Part shown: in pieces, positions 39,808 through 50,069 of the stretch
How the letters are laid out: each line of letters starts with the position of its first letter
Position numbering within the stretch: the stretch's first letter is position 1
From: Phormidesmis sp.
GTDB taxonomy: Bacteria > Cyanobacteriota > Cyanobacteriia > Leptolyngbyales > Leptolyngbyaceae
Direction of reading: 5' to 3'
Length of the DNA stretch: 64,000 nucleotides
Assembly: GCA_965248535.1 (NCBI GenBank)
Contig: CBDFJR010000002.1
Span: forward strand, 1,024,001-1,088,000
Notes under the pieces: model-generated
What the model saw: only the letters and a program-made list of their open reading frames with translations
Database searches by the model: none
Told to the model about the DNA's origin: nothing
Made by a program: the position numbers and the translations under genes

Positions 39808-40470
39808 ATGGCGATTTTAATGAATGGTTTTATGATTGCTGCGATCGGGCCCTTTCACATTCAAGAATCATTGCAGAGTTTGCTGAACTGGATTCAAGAT
39901 TTTGGGGCCGCGAGTGCAATTATTTTTATCGGCATCTATTTATTGCTAACGGTGTGTTTAGTTCCAGGAACTATTTTAACGTTGGGGGCAGGCGTTGTTT
40001 TTGGGGCTATTTGGGGTTCTCTCTACACATTTATCGGCGCAACCCTTGGCGCAACTGCGGCATTTTTGATCGGACGTTATTTGGCTCGTGACTGGGTTGC
40101 TAAAAAGATTGAAGGTCATTCTAAATTCAAAGCGATCGCCACAGCCGTTGCCCAAGAAGGATTGAAAATTGTTTTTCTGACTCGTTTATCGCCAGTGTTT
40201 CCATTTACGTTGCTGAATTATGCGTTTAGCGTCACAGATGTTTCACTGCGAGATTATGTTTTGGGTTGTGTAGGCATGATTCCTGGAACCATTTTGTATG
40301 TTTATATCGGTTCTCTAGCGGGCAATTTAGCCACCCTAAACGCCGCCAACTCATCGGCTCAAGCGGCTCAATGGGCGCTGCGAGCGATCGGGCTAATTGC
40401 CACCGTTGCGGTGACGATTTATGTGACTCGCCTTGCCCAAAAAGCCTTAGCCAGCGTCGAAGAGTCATGA
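39808..40470 (+). CDS. TVP38/TMEM64 (DedA/SNARE-associated) membrane protein
   Basis: GATLGATAAFLIGRY and RLSPVFPFTLLNY motifs. Confidence 0.92.
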   Translation: MAILMNGFMIAAIGPFHIQESLQSLLNWIQDFGAASAIIFIGIYLLLTVCLVPGTILTLGAGVVFGAIWGSLYTFIGATLGATAAFLIGRYLARDWVAKKIEGHSKFKAIATAVAQEGLKIVFLTRLSPVFPFTLLNYAFSVTDVSLRDYVLGCVGMIPGTILYVYIGSLAGNLATLNAANSSAQAAQWALRAIGLIATVAVTIYVTRLAQKALASVEES

Positions 40471-42219
40471 GTCCTGTCTCGATTGAGCTATGCAGTCTGC
40501 TTTTAGCAACATTAGGCTTTCGCTCTCAAAAACTGAGCATTTTTTAGCGAGTTTAGCTAAGGCTGAAACAGTTTTCTGCTCTAAGTGGGCCGAAGCCTCG
40601 TTAAACGCTGGCTGAAAGCTTTGTAGCCAATTTTTTTCGAGCAGATAGTTGGGAGTGAAGGCGGTGCGATCGAGCAACCAAAAATCAATCCCATATTGCT
40701 GAATCATCTGCTGAACGGGGGCTAACTCTGGACTGTATTGAGCCTCAATCAAGGCCAGACTTCGCTGCCGAATTTGACGATAGTAACCCAGATGAAAGGG
40801 CAGAGCATATTCTTTGCCGATTAACACCGATCGCTGGGCAAAAGTCGGAATGCTATTTGCCTCATCTGAAAGGGTTGCAATCAAGCTATCTTGGGGCTGC
40901 TTTTGCAAGAACTGATAAAGCTTACCTTCTCCAGACGTTCGATAGTTTGTAGCCGGAAAATTAGATGAGAAATTGGGAAATAGAAAGAGCAATGCTGCCA
41001 GAAATCCGATTAGGGTCAGTCTCCAAAATAAGGGCTGCCAACGGTGAGCGCTGGCGAGTTCTTGACACCTGAGCAGCACGGCATCTAGCACGGCGGTGAG
41101 GGTAATGGCAGCCGCGATCGCCATCACCATTCGCCAAGTGTGAATGGTATATCGAGTCGGAAAAAATAGCTTGAGCCACAGTGCATGAGCCGCAAAAAAA
41201 AGTCCTAAAGACACGATCGCTGTCTGAACTAAGACACTAACCGAGTTCTTGAGTTGCCGAATTAACGGGAAGCGAACCGGATTTTTAGCGACGATCGGCA
41301 GTGCCAATCCTGCCCAAATCAACGGCGGCAATAGCGGGGGCAAAATGCCGCTATGCTGCCCTGTGAGCCAAAACTGCCAGAGATTGGGATCAAAATAGGG
41401 ATGCCGTCCGCCGGGATAGAGTTCTGGCATGGCCAAGGCTTCAGCTTTGGTGACGATCGGGTTAAACTGCGCTGACGAAACTGCATAGGGCAACAGTGCC
41501 AGAAATCCCAGTCCGGCTGCTAGGGCAAAAAAAGGAAGGCGTTCTCGATGAAACTGAGTCCGTCCACGCTCCCAGTTCCACAGTCGTAGAAACAGGACTG
41601 CGATCGTGATAAAAACCAGAGGTGGATAGATTAGAGCTTGGAGCACGATCGTGGCGATTACACCCAGTCGAATATGGCGCAGCAGATAATATAAGAACGC
41701 TAAGAATAATGGATAGACAAACGCTCTAGGAGTCGCAGAACTCAAATCGTCTCTAAACCACAGACTTTGATTGAGCAACAGCATTGCAACAAAACCGCTG
41801 ATAGGAATTGGAAACAGTTGTAAACAAACCCCAAATCCATAAAAAGTCGTTACGACACCAATCACGACAGGCAAAAGCTTACTCAGCAGCAATGGCTGAA
41901 TACCAAGGTTTGCGATCAGATGATAAATCGCGGCATATCCCGGTGGTGTAATCGATTTAAAATAGTCTGCGATCAAGTCATGAGAAAACAGCGACGGATT
42001 GACGAATTGCTGCATCCAAAACACATATTCTCGCGCATCATCTTGAACAATGTATTCGGCTCTAAACGCTTTTTGCAACCCTAAACTACTGTAATAGATT
42101 GCGAATCCTAAGCTTAGACTTAACCAAAATAAGATGGATGTAGACTGGTTAGAGCGATCGTAGGATAACGTTTGATCCATTGGAGTCGTTAAAAGCTGAC
42201 GTAAGCGCGAAATCATCAT
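40465..42219 (-). CDS. Polytopic membrane protein, possibly a GT-C-type glycosyltransferase or polymerase
   Basis: Many TM segments, a QDD motif in the first loop, and linkage to glycosyltransferase genes. Confidence 0.7.
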   Translation of the reverse strand: MMISRLRQLLTTPMDQTLSYDRSNQSTSILFWLSLSLGFAIYYSSLGLQKAFRAEYIVQDDAREYVFWMQQFVNPSLFSHDLIADYFKSITPPGYAAIYHLIANLGIQPLLLSKLLPVVIGVVTTFYGFGVCLQLFPIPISGFVAMLLLNQSLWFRDDLSSATPRAFVYPLFLAFLYYLLRHIRLGVIATIVLQALIYPPLVFITIAVLFLRLWNWERGRTQFHRERLPFFALAAGLGFLALLPYAVSSAQFNPIVTKAEALAMPELYPGGRHPYFDPNLWQFWLTGQHSGILPPLLPPLIWAGLALPIVAKNPVRFPLIRQLKNSVSVLVQTAIVSLGLFFAAHALWLKLFFPTRYTIHTWRMVMAIAAAITLTAVLDAVLLRCQELASAHRWQPLFWRLTLIGFLAALLFLFPNFSSNFPATNYRTSGEGKLYQFLQKQPQDSLIATLSDEANSIPTFAQRSVLIGKEYALPFHLGYYRQIRQRSLALIEAQYSPELAPVQQMIQQYGIDFWLLDRTAFTPNYLLEKNWLQSFQPAFNEASAHLEQKTVSALAKLAKKCSVFESESLMLLKADCIAQSRQDS

Positions 42220-42226
42220 TGCAGAG

Positions 42227-43438
42227 TTACCCTGTCAAAACTTGCTCATAACATTGTCCAGCACTTTCCCACGTATAGTCGGTTTCTACGAGCGATCGGG
42301 CCTCACGAGAAAGGCTTTCTCGCAGCGCCGCCTCTTCAAACAGTCGAGCGATCGCCCTCACATAATCTTCTACTCGATTTGCCCGCAGTGCCCGCAATGG
42401 AGTGTTAACCCCATCAACGGTTAATCCCTCTAAGCCGCGATCGCTGGCTACGATCGGTGTTCCCGCAGCCATTGCTTCTAGCGTTTTATTTTTGATTCCA
42501 AATCCGGTTCGCATTGGAATCACGCAGACCGTTGCTTGATGCAAATAGTCTGCCATTGATAGAACGCGCCCTGTCACCGTGATATTAGGACGATCGCCCA
42601 ATTTCAACACCTCTGGAGTCGGACGTGCCCCCACTAACGCAAGAGTTGTATCGGGATATTTTTTCTGCAACTCAGGCAAAATCTCTAAACATAAAAACTG
42701 GACTGCATCAATGTTGGCTAAATTGTCCATCGCACCAATAAAAATCAGTTGATGTCCGCCTGGGTCTTGAGAGCGATAAGGAAATTCAGCAAAATCTACC
42801 CCGTTGGCAATGACTTGAAACTGAGCGTTGGGATTGAAGGCGTGTAATTGTGCCCGATCATCCTCTGTGGTCACCACAATATTTGAGAATTTATTGCAGT
42901 AACGTTGCTCATAGCGTTTTAAAAGCGGCAAGTTTAAGCGATCGCGCCATTCATTTTCAGAGGTTTGAGTTTGCAATTGATTTTTACACGTTGCATACAC
43001 TGAGCTATGCACATTTGCCACTGTACGAAGTTGTTTTTTCCATTCAGGACGTACATAGATTTCATTCACGCAGTGTTCACAGGTAATGACGTGATAGCGA
43101 CTAGATTGAATAGCCCGATCGACCCAATTCTGCATTTCTGATGAGTAGGAAGACAACACGCTAGGCGGCGTTCCGTTCTGCAAAAACTGGCCAAATCGCT
43201 GAACTTTTGAGATGAACCCCGATCGAGCCAAATGAGGACGATCAAACACCACCAATTCCGCGACCCATTCTCGCAGTACTGTGATTTCGTCTGCTGTGAC
43301 TTCCGGTGATTTCAGCGTTGCCACCGTGACTTGATGATGACGACTCAAATATTTCAGCAAGTTGAATGTCCGCACCTGAGTGCCCCCCTTGCTAGGCGGG
43401 TAGGGAAAGGTAGCTGAGAGCATCAAAATGTTCATCAC
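42227..43438 (-). CDS. Glycosyltransferase family 4
   Basis: PYPPSKGG and GIKNKTLEAMAAG motifs. Confidence 0.92.
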   Translation of the reverse strand: MMNILMLSATFPYPPSKGGTQVRTFNLLKYLSRHHQVTVATLKSPEVTADEITVLREWVAELVVFDRPHLARSGFISKVQRFGQFLQNGTPPSVLSSYSSEMQNWVDRAIQSSRYHVITCEHCVNEIYVRPEWKKQLRTVANVHSSVYATCKNQLQTQTSENEWRDRLNLPLLKRYEQRYCNKFSNIVVTTEDDRAQLHAFNPNAQFQVIANGVDFAEFPYRSQDPGGHQLIFIGAMDNLANIDAVQFLCLEILPELQKKYPDTTLALVGARPTPEVLKLGDRPNITVTGRVLSMADYLHQATVCVIPMRTGFGIKNKTLEAMAAGTPIVASDRGLEGLTVDGVNTPLRALRANRVEDYVRAIARLFEEAALRESLSREARSLVETDYTWESAGQCYEQVLTG

Positions 43439-43551
43439 AGAGCGGCTAAAAGGACTGAGTTAATGTACCCGATTTGTGAGTTTAGACAATGATTTGTGCA
43501 AACTTCGCCACTTTGGTCAATATTAGAAGCAGTTCACTAAGTCAGCTTTTT

Positions 43552-44502
43552 ATGTCGATCGTTAGCGTTTGCATTTCGACTTTTAATCGTAAAGAATTAT
43601 TAGCGATCGCCATTGACAGCGTTCTCCAACAAACTCATCAGGACTTTGAACTCATTATCTGTGATGATGGCTCAACAGATGGTACAGCCGATCTGATGGC
43701 TCAGTTTAGCGATCGCCGAATTCACTACCTTCGACATCCGCAAAATATTGGCAAAAGTAACAATATGATCTCCGGCTTTCAAGCCGCCACCGGACAATAT
43801 TTTGTTAAATTTGACGACGACGATCGCTTAACTCCCAGCTTTTTAGAAAAGACAAGTCAACTGTTAGATAAAAATCCTCAAGTTGATTTTGTCGGCACCG
43901 ATCATTGGGTCATCGATTCAAACACGATTCGTCATGAGATCTTGACGCAGATAAATTCTCAAAAATGGGGCAGATCGGACTTACCTCAAGGAATCGTTGA
44001 GAATTTGATAGAAATAACTTTTATCAAACAAAGCTTTCAAATTGGGGCAACGCTCTTTCGGAGAAAGGTTCTAGACGAAATTGGATATATGCAATCGAAC
44101 ATCCAAAACTGCGAAGATAACGATCTTCTCGTTCGACTCGCCTTAGCAGGAAAACAAGCTTATTATCTGCCCGAAAGACTGATGGAATATCGGTTTCACG
44201 CCGAACAGCAAGGACTCGATCGCGCTATTCCCTATCTAAAAGATAAACTGAGCTATTTAGAAAGTTTTCACTTTGAGTCAGAAGCTATAGAAAAAGTTCG
44301 CTGCGATCGACTTCTAGAAACCAAACTTCTGCTCGGACTTCGACTCATTCAAATCGGCGAAACTCACGAAGGTAGAAATCTAATTCATCAAGGAAAATCG
44401 GCTTCACCTAACAAAGCGCGAGTCGGTCTCGCATTATCTCGACTACCGATGAGTTTGCGACAAAATGCCTTCGCGCTTCTAAAGCAAATTAAAGCTTCTT
44501 AG
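43552..44502 (+). CDS. Glycosyltransferase family 2
   Basis: DDGSTD, FDDDD and EDNDL motifs. Confidence 0.92.
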   Translation: MSIVSVCISTFNRKELLAIAIDSVLQQTHQDFELIICDDGSTDGTADLMAQFSDRRIHYLRHPQNIGKSNNMISGFQAATGQYFVKFDDDDRLTPSFLEKTSQLLDKNPQVDFVGTDHWVIDSNTIRHEILTQINSQKWGRSDLPQGIVENLIEITFIKQSFQIGATLFRRKVLDEIGYMQSNIQNCEDNDLLVRLALAGKQAYYLPERLMEYRFHAEQQGLDRAIPYLKDKLSYLESFHFESEAIEKVRCDRLLETKLLLGLRLIQIGETHEGRNLIHQGKSASPNKARVGLALSRLPMSLRQNAFALLKQIKAS

Positions 44503-44583
44503 AGACGTTTTTTTAGAGTTGGTGACGAGGTGATGCCCTGCGTTAAGCTACGATCGCCCTATACCTAATACAGGAATTAATCT

Positions 44584-44687
44584 ATGAGCCTCGTTTAGAG
44601 CATGAGACACTCCCTCTCTTGAAAGACGAAACTGGAGCAATTCGAGTTAGAAATTCAAGGGCTTTACTAGAAATGTTGTCCTGTTGA
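44584..44687 (+). pseudogene. DUF433 (antitoxin-like) N-terminal remnant
   Basis: MSLV (frameshift) EHETLPLLKDETGAIRVRNSRALLEML, then a stop. Confidence 0.55.
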
Positions 44688-44751
44688 GTCAGAAAAATAG
44701 AGAATGCTATTATTTAAGCCAAATTAGGAAAACTTAGAAGAATTATTTTCA

Positions 44752-45351
44752 ATGGAGATGAATATGGATTCTAATCAAAGAATAGATTACCTATATAAAG
44801 AGTATGCTCGGCTAAGTGAGAAGCTTGAGGAGCATATAAAAAGTAGTTTTGAGGACTTTAAGCTTTTAGGAGCAGCGAGTGCATCTATAGCCTTTTGGAA
44901 GCCTATTACCGATTTAATTGTATTGGCCAATCCCAAAATTAACTATAGCGGACTTCTATTTCTAGGTTTTCTAAGTCTGCTTCTAATCTTTGTGCTGATT
45001 GGGTTCGCAACCTTGATCAGAACAGCTTATATGTTTTCTATTTCTTCTAATCTTCTCAGCTTTGAGCAAGAAATCAGAAAAGAGCTTAACGAAGCAGAGA
45101 ATTCAGAAGTCTTTGGAGTGAACCTTGTGAGAGATACCGTAAAGTTCTCTACGGCTTATCGCCTAACCTATGGAACTACCTTAATAATTCTTGCTCTCGC
45201 AATGACCATTCTACCGTTCATAATCCTTTACCATGCTAGTATTCTCTACGCTGTGGTGTATTTGCTTTTAGCATCAATAGCTTCCATAAGCTATCTCCAA
45301 GTAGTCAGAAGACTGACCAGAATTTTCTTCAAAAAATTTAGGATCTTTTAG
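44752..45351 (+). CDS. AT-rich hypothetical membrane protein (3-4 TM)
   Basis: 199-aa ORF with low GC and no HIP1 octamer seen. Confidence 0.75.
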   Translation: MEMNMDSNQRIDYLYKEYARLSEKLEEHIKSSFEDFKLLGAASASIAFWKPITDLIVLANPKINYSGLLFLGFLSLLLIFVLIGFATLIRTAYMFSISSNLLSFEQEIRKELNEAENSEVFGVNLVRDTVKFSTAYRLTYGTTLIILALAMTILPFIILYHASILYAVVYLLLASIASISYLQVVRRLTRIFFKKFRIF

Positions 45352-45372
45352 TTACTCGCTATATTTACTCTG

Positions 45373-45805
45373 TTAAAGACATGATTCACTCTGTAGTTTT
45401 TGCAAATCCTTAGTCAAAGCTTGCCCCCATTGTGCAGCTAAATCAGGTTGAGTAAAGGGGATCTCGATCGAGTCCTTCTGATCACAAACAAACTGCAAGC
45501 CCGATCGCTTTACCTTTAGCTGGCGGCGATCGCAAATCTACTATTTGCCCATCGACTAACAGGTGAATTTCTCGCACATCTCGCAGCGAAAACGTTCGCA
45601 AGTTCTCTGGCTCTTTGCGGGTCGGCTTGCCCCAAGTCAGCGTGTCACCCGCTTGACCCAACACTGCATAGACATCATATTTCGCCCGATCGTAGGGTTC
45701 TGCCCAAACCCGATAGGCTTCTATTTTTTGATATTCATTGCGACCTGCCCAAGCTAGACCGATAAACGCCGCTAACAGAGGCAACCAGAGAAGTCCGTGA
45801 ATCAT
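45373..45805 (-). pseudogene. Conserved-type hypothetical protein with an apparent +1 frameshift near 45500
   Basis: After KGKAIG, the alternative frame reads LQFVCDQKDSIEIPFTQPDLAAQWGQAL...*. Confidence 0.65.
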
Positions 45806-45853
45806 AAAAAGTTTGCATTGAATAACCTACCTCTATCCTATCTAGGTCTCTCG

Positions 45854-45891
45854 CTCAAAACTCAAAACTTAAAGCTCAAAGCTCAAAACTC
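45854..45891. repeat. STRR-type heptamer tandem repeat
   Basis: CTCAAAA/CTCAAAA/CTTAAAG/CTCAAAG/CTCAAAA. Confidence 0.7.
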
Positions 45892-45934
45892 TGAGCTATG
45901 TTGGTAAACAAGCAAGACCTGAAATAGAGATTTT

Positions 45935-47782
45935 ATGAGAAAGCTAGTGCTGGCGGGCTTATTTGTGGTGGGGCTGATTTGGGCGATCGCTAATTTTTCG
46001 GGCTTGGCAGCGCAGGGCACCTATGACAGCATCGTCTTAGACTTTAAAGAAGACATAGATTCTGCCCAGATTGAGCGACAGGTGCAAGCGATCGCTCAAA
46101 AATATAACGTCCGTCCCCGCTTAAACAGCGAATTCTCTCAAGCCGATCACCTCTACACGGTCAAAGGCGACAAAAATCTCTTAAACGCGCTCAAACAGTC
46201 TGACCTCAAGCAATATACCGAATATATTGAGCCAGACTATATCTACAGCATTCCAGAATCTCAAGAGTCTAAAGGCCTTGTCCCAGCAGGCAAAGAAGCG
46301 CCGATTCAGGCGACAGGTCAGGCACCCAACGACCCCATGTATAGCCAGCAGTGGAATCTGCACAGCATCAATGTCGAGTCGAGTTGGCAAGACACCAAGG
46401 GCAAAGGCGCAATCGTTGCAGTGATTGACACGGGCATCTCAGAAGTGCCTGACTTGAAGGAAACGAAATTTGCTAAAGGATACGATTTTGTTAACGATCG
46501 CGAAGATGCCAGAGACGATAATGGTCACGGCACTCACGTTGCAGGCACGATCGCCCAATCTACCAACAACGGCTTTGGGGTGGCCGGAATTGCTTACGAA
46601 GCGACATTGATGCCGCTCAAAGTGCTCAGTGCTAGTGGGGGCGGCACCGTTGCCGACATTGCCGAAGCGATTCGGTTTGCGGCAGATCACAATGCCGACG
46701 TGATCAATATGAGCTTGGGCGGCGGCGGCGAGAGCTTGGCCATGGCAGAAGCGATCGACTATGCCCATAAAAAAGGCGTTCTGATTATTGCCGCGGCAGG
46801 CAATTCTAGCCAAAATTCAGCCTCCTATCCGGCTCGTTATCCCCATGTTCTAGGGGTCGGAGCGCTTGATGCTTCCGGTCAAAAAGCGGCTTATTCTAAC
46901 TTTGGGGCAGGAATAGATATCTCGGCTCCGGGCGGTTTGACATCGGGCGACAACACGGCGGGCGGAATTTTGCAGAACACGATCGACCCCTCAACGGGAG
47001 AATCGATCTTTACCGCCCTTCAAGGCACCAGCATGGCGGCTCCTCATGTGGCGGGGGTTGCGGCTCTTGTCAAGGCATCGGGCATCAAAGACCCTGATGA
47101 AGTCGCGGCAGCGTTAACGCAGTCTGCTCGCAAGGTGCAAGACGACGAACTTAACCACTACGGCGAAGGCAAACTGGATGCGGCGGCCGCCGTCAAGCTG
47201 GCACTCAAGGGCAAAATCACCTTCAACGATTTCTTTCGATGGCTGCGTGATAACGGCTATCTCAATCCGCGCTTTTGGATAGATGGCGGTGTGGTGGCGC
47301 TGGCACCCAAACTGGCGATGGTGCTAGGTTCCTATTTGCTGGCGTTCTTCTTGCGAAACTATTTCCCCTTTGCCTGGAGTTGGTCAATGGCTTCGGGTCT
47401 GGTGGCCGGAAGTTCGGGGCTTTTCTTTCTCAAGGGCATTTATATTTTTGACTTGCCGCAGGCTCCTCTGCGGGTGCTGGGTAGCTCGATTCCTGAGTTG
47501 GGTAGCTCGATTCAAGGCAGTGGCGCACTCAATCCAATATTCGCGAGTGTGCTGATTCCGGCTGCGCTGATCGTGCTGCTGTTGGGTCACGCTCAGTGGA
47601 AATGGTTTGCGATCGGGTCTACGATCGGAGTCGCGGCCTGTCTGGCGGTGAGTGCGGCGATCGATCCACAGGTGATGTGGTTGGGTGAGGGTGCCCTCGC
47701 TCGTGGCTTTCTGATGGTGAATGCGCTGTTGTGCTATGGCTTAGTTTGGCTTGCTGTTAAACCAGGAGACAAAATTGCATGA
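45935..47782 (+). CDS. S8 subtilisin-like peptidase with C-terminal membrane domain
   Basis: Catalytic motifs VIDTG, HGTHVAG and GTSMAAPHV; TM-rich C-terminus. Confidence 0.93.
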   Translation: MRKLVLAGLFVVGLIWAIANFSGLAAQGTYDSIVLDFKEDIDSAQIERQVQAIAQKYNVRPRLNSEFSQADHLYTVKGDKNLLNALKQSDLKQYTEYIEPDYIYSIPESQESKGLVPAGKEAPIQATGQAPNDPMYSQQWNLHSINVESSWQDTKGKGAIVAVIDTGISEVPDLKETKFAKGYDFVNDREDARDDNGHGTHVAGTIAQSTNNGFGVAGIAYEATLMPLKVLSASGGGTVADIAEAIRFAADHNADVINMSLGGGGESLAMAEAIDYAHKKGVLIIAAAGNSSQNSASYPARYPHVLGVGALDASGQKAAYSNFGAGIDISAPGGLTSGDNTAGGILQNTIDPSTGESIFTALQGTSMAAPHVAGVAALVKASGIKDPDEVAAALTQSARKVQDDELNHYGEGKLDAAAAVKLALKGKITFNDFFRWLRDNGYLNPRFWIDGGVVALAPKLAMVLGSYLLAFFLRNYFPFAWSWSMASGLVAGSSGLFFLKGIYIFDLPQAPLRVLGSSIPELGSSIQGSGALNPIFASVLIPAALIVLLLGHAQWKWFAIGSTIGVAACLAVSAAIDPQVMWLGEGALARGFLMVNALLCYGLVWLAVKPGDKIA

Positions 47783-48003
47783 GTAAAACTGTAAACGGAG
47801 TCATCGATCGCAAAGGCTTTGGCACCGGAACGTGGGCGATCGAGTCAGAACAAGGCGAAACCTATGAACTTCACAACCCGCCCAGTGAGATTCAAAAAAA
47901 AGGTCTCAAGGTCAAAATCGAAGGCAAAATTCGCGATGACATCATGACTTTGGCAATGATCGGCCCAGTTTTAGAAGTCAAAAAATTCGAGATTCTCAAA
48001 TAG
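47779..48003 (+). CDS. Small hypothetical protein (OB-fold-like)
   Basis: ATGA overlap with the peptidase gene; GTGTWAI...MIGPVLEV. Confidence 0.8.
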   Translation: MSKTVNGVIDRKGFGTGTWAIESEQGETYELHNPPSEIQKKGLKVKIEGKIRDDIMTLAMIGPVLEVKKFEILK

Positions 48004-48492
48004 ATGAAGGGTCATTATCAAGACTTTCTGATTCGCGATTGGGAAGAACGCGATCGTGCCCTAGCTGCTGAGATCATTGGTTCGGTGCTGGCAGACTATG
48101 GGCTAAGTTGGGAGCCTTTGGGAGCCGATCGGGATGTCTTAGAAGTCGAGCAGTTTTATCAAGCGACGGGTGGCGAATTTTGGGTGATTGAGCGATCGGG
48201 GCAGCTTGTCGGCACAGGAGCCTACTATCCAATATCGCGAGGCGAAAATGCGGTCGAGATTCGCAAAATGTATTTTGTGCCAGCGATTAGAGGACTAGGA
48301 CTAGGACGATTTTTGCTTAAGGAATTGGAGAGAGCGATCGGCGATCGGGGCTTCACTCAAATCTGGATCGAGACCGCCAGCGTTCTCAAAGAAGCCGTCA
48401 AACTTTATGAAACAAGCGGTTATCGATCGACAACGGGTGTCGAGACAGAGCGATGCGATCGCATTTACGTTAAACAGTTATCAAAACGATAA
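48004..48492 (+). CDS. GNAT family N-acetyltransferase
   Basis: EIRKMY, RGLGLG and AVKLYE motifs. Confidence 0.92.
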   Translation: MKGHYQDFLIRDWEERDRALAAEIIGSVLADYGLSWEPLGADRDVLEVEQFYQATGGEFWVIERSGQLVGTGAYYPISRGENAVEIRKMYFVPAIRGLGLGRFLLKELERAIGDRGFTQIWIETASVLKEAVKLYETSGYRSTTGVETERCDRIYVKQLSKR

Positions 48493-48657
48493 ATCTCGAT
48501 TTAAATCTAGATAATAGGCCCCTGGAATGTGCCCAGCCTCATAGTGCTGCCGTCCTAAGGTTGGCTCTAGGAGCGAAAAACGACACTCTACGATCGCCAC
48601 CTGCAAATCGTCTAAATGGCGCTGCAACCACTCTGCCGAAACGATCGGGTCAAGCAT
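48481..48657 (-). pseudogene. Truncated sulfurtransferase (SseA/rhodanese) N-terminal fragment, 58 aa
   Basis: MLDPIVSAEWLQRHLDDLQVAIVECRFSLLEPTLGRQHYEAGHIPGAYYLDLNRDLSF*. Confidence 0.8.
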
Positions 48658-48757
48658 TGACTGCCCTCACAATGACGCTAATCAGCATTCTAAATCTATG
48701 TCGCCTGAGACTGGTTTGACTCACTCAAGGGGGAGCGCGGATAGTTGCCCGATCGCC

Positions 48758-50059
48758 TCATAACAACCGCAGTTGCGTTTCTGCTGGCTCAACCAGTGGG
48801 GCCTCGTCTAAATCGATCGTCAGTCCTACCGACCCTATCCAAACTGTTTCGTCGGTTAACAATCGTTGAGCCGCTTCGAGAATCGGTTCTTGCAAGTCGC
48901 GTAAATCTTCTCGATTTTGCAGATAAGCTTGCAGCGCTTGCAGAGGCTCGATCGTGGTGCCAAGTCCCAACTCTGGTAGACGCGGACGAGAGAGTTGACT
49001 GATTAGCTCAGGGTGAATCGTGTAGTTATGAGCGCTGCTCAAAGCCTGGTGAACTAGAGAATCATCTAGGCGATCGACCTGTTCGGGGCGCAGTTGATAA
49101 ATGAGTCGCACGACAGCATCTTCGACCACCTCAGAGGCGATCGCAGCCAACAATGCCGCCTGGGGTTCGTCTTCTTCAGATAGGTCAAGCTCGATCGTGC
49201 GAAACGCTCGCACCGGAAGCGGGCAAAACTCCATCTGCACCTTGCCTCGCGCTAGCTCGACCAGCACAAACCCTTTTTCTTCTTTTTCTTCGCTAAAATC
49301 GACTCGTTCAATGCTGCCGGGGTAGACCACAAGCGGCTGTTGACAGAGGATCTGATGGCGATGAACATGACCCAGCGCCACATAGTCAAAACAATCTCGC
49401 GTGATCAGAGACAGCGGAATTGTAAACCCTTTGCCCACCGATAGAAACCGTTCTGCGCCATAGGTAGCGGCATCTGCCATCAAGTGAGCCAACAAAATAG
49501 TCGGAATCGAGGGGTCGAGTTTGCGAATCTCACCTTCGAGGGCCACGCGGAGCCGATCAAGCAACAAATGCCCCACCTCAGACATCGACAGCCCTTCGGT
49601 TTCGGGTCGGGTCAGCAGTGTCGATCGCGTCAGCCACGGCAGCGTAATCACCTGCACAGCCCCCTGGGAAGTTTGGATCGTGTGAGCATCGAGGCGATCG
49701 CCCACAATCACATTCGGCACGCCCAAGGTGCGATAAATGCAGAGACTTGCGCCGCCTGCGCCTTGAGAATGCTGATCGTGGTTTCCGACCAGCATCACGG
49801 TGGGAATATTGGCCTCAACCAGACGATGAAACTGACGCGCAAAAGCTTGCTGAATATAAGGTGGCGGCGTTGCATCTGGGAAGGCATCGCCGCCAAATAA
49901 GACCAGATCGACGGGTTCAGAGAGGGCGCGATCGATGCAGCGTCCTAAGGTGGCAACAAAATCTTCTAATCGTGTATTCAGCCCAGTGTCGGGGTTAATT
50001 CGTCCGTGAGAAAACCCGCTTCCTAGGTGAATGTCGGCGAGATGAAGGATTTTAATCAT
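48758..50059 (-). CDS. sbcD: Exonuclease SbcCD subunit D
   Basis: DIHLG, GGDAF, GNHD, ALGHVH and YPGS motifs. Confidence 0.93.
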   Translation of the reverse strand: MIKILHLADIHLGSGFSHGRINPDTGLNTRLEDFVATLGRCIDRALSEPVDLVLFGGDAFPDATPPPYIQQAFARQFHRLVEANIPTVMLVGNHDQHSQGAGGASLCIYRTLGVPNVIVGDRLDAHTIQTSQGAVQVITLPWLTRSTLLTRPETEGLSMSEVGHLLLDRLRVALEGEIRKLDPSIPTILLAHLMADAATYGAERFLSVGKGFTIPLSLITRDCFDYVALGHVHRHQILCQQPLVVYPGSIERVDFSEEKEEKGFVLVELARGKVQMEFCPLPVRAFRTIELDLSEEDEPQAALLAAIASEVVEDAVVRLIYQLRPEQVDRLDDSLVHQALSSAHNYTIHPELISQLSRPRLPELGLGTTIEPLQALQAYLQNREDLRDLQEPILEAAQRLLTDETVWIGSVGLTIDLDEAPLVEPAETQLRLL

Positions 50060-50069
50060 AAAATTGCGC

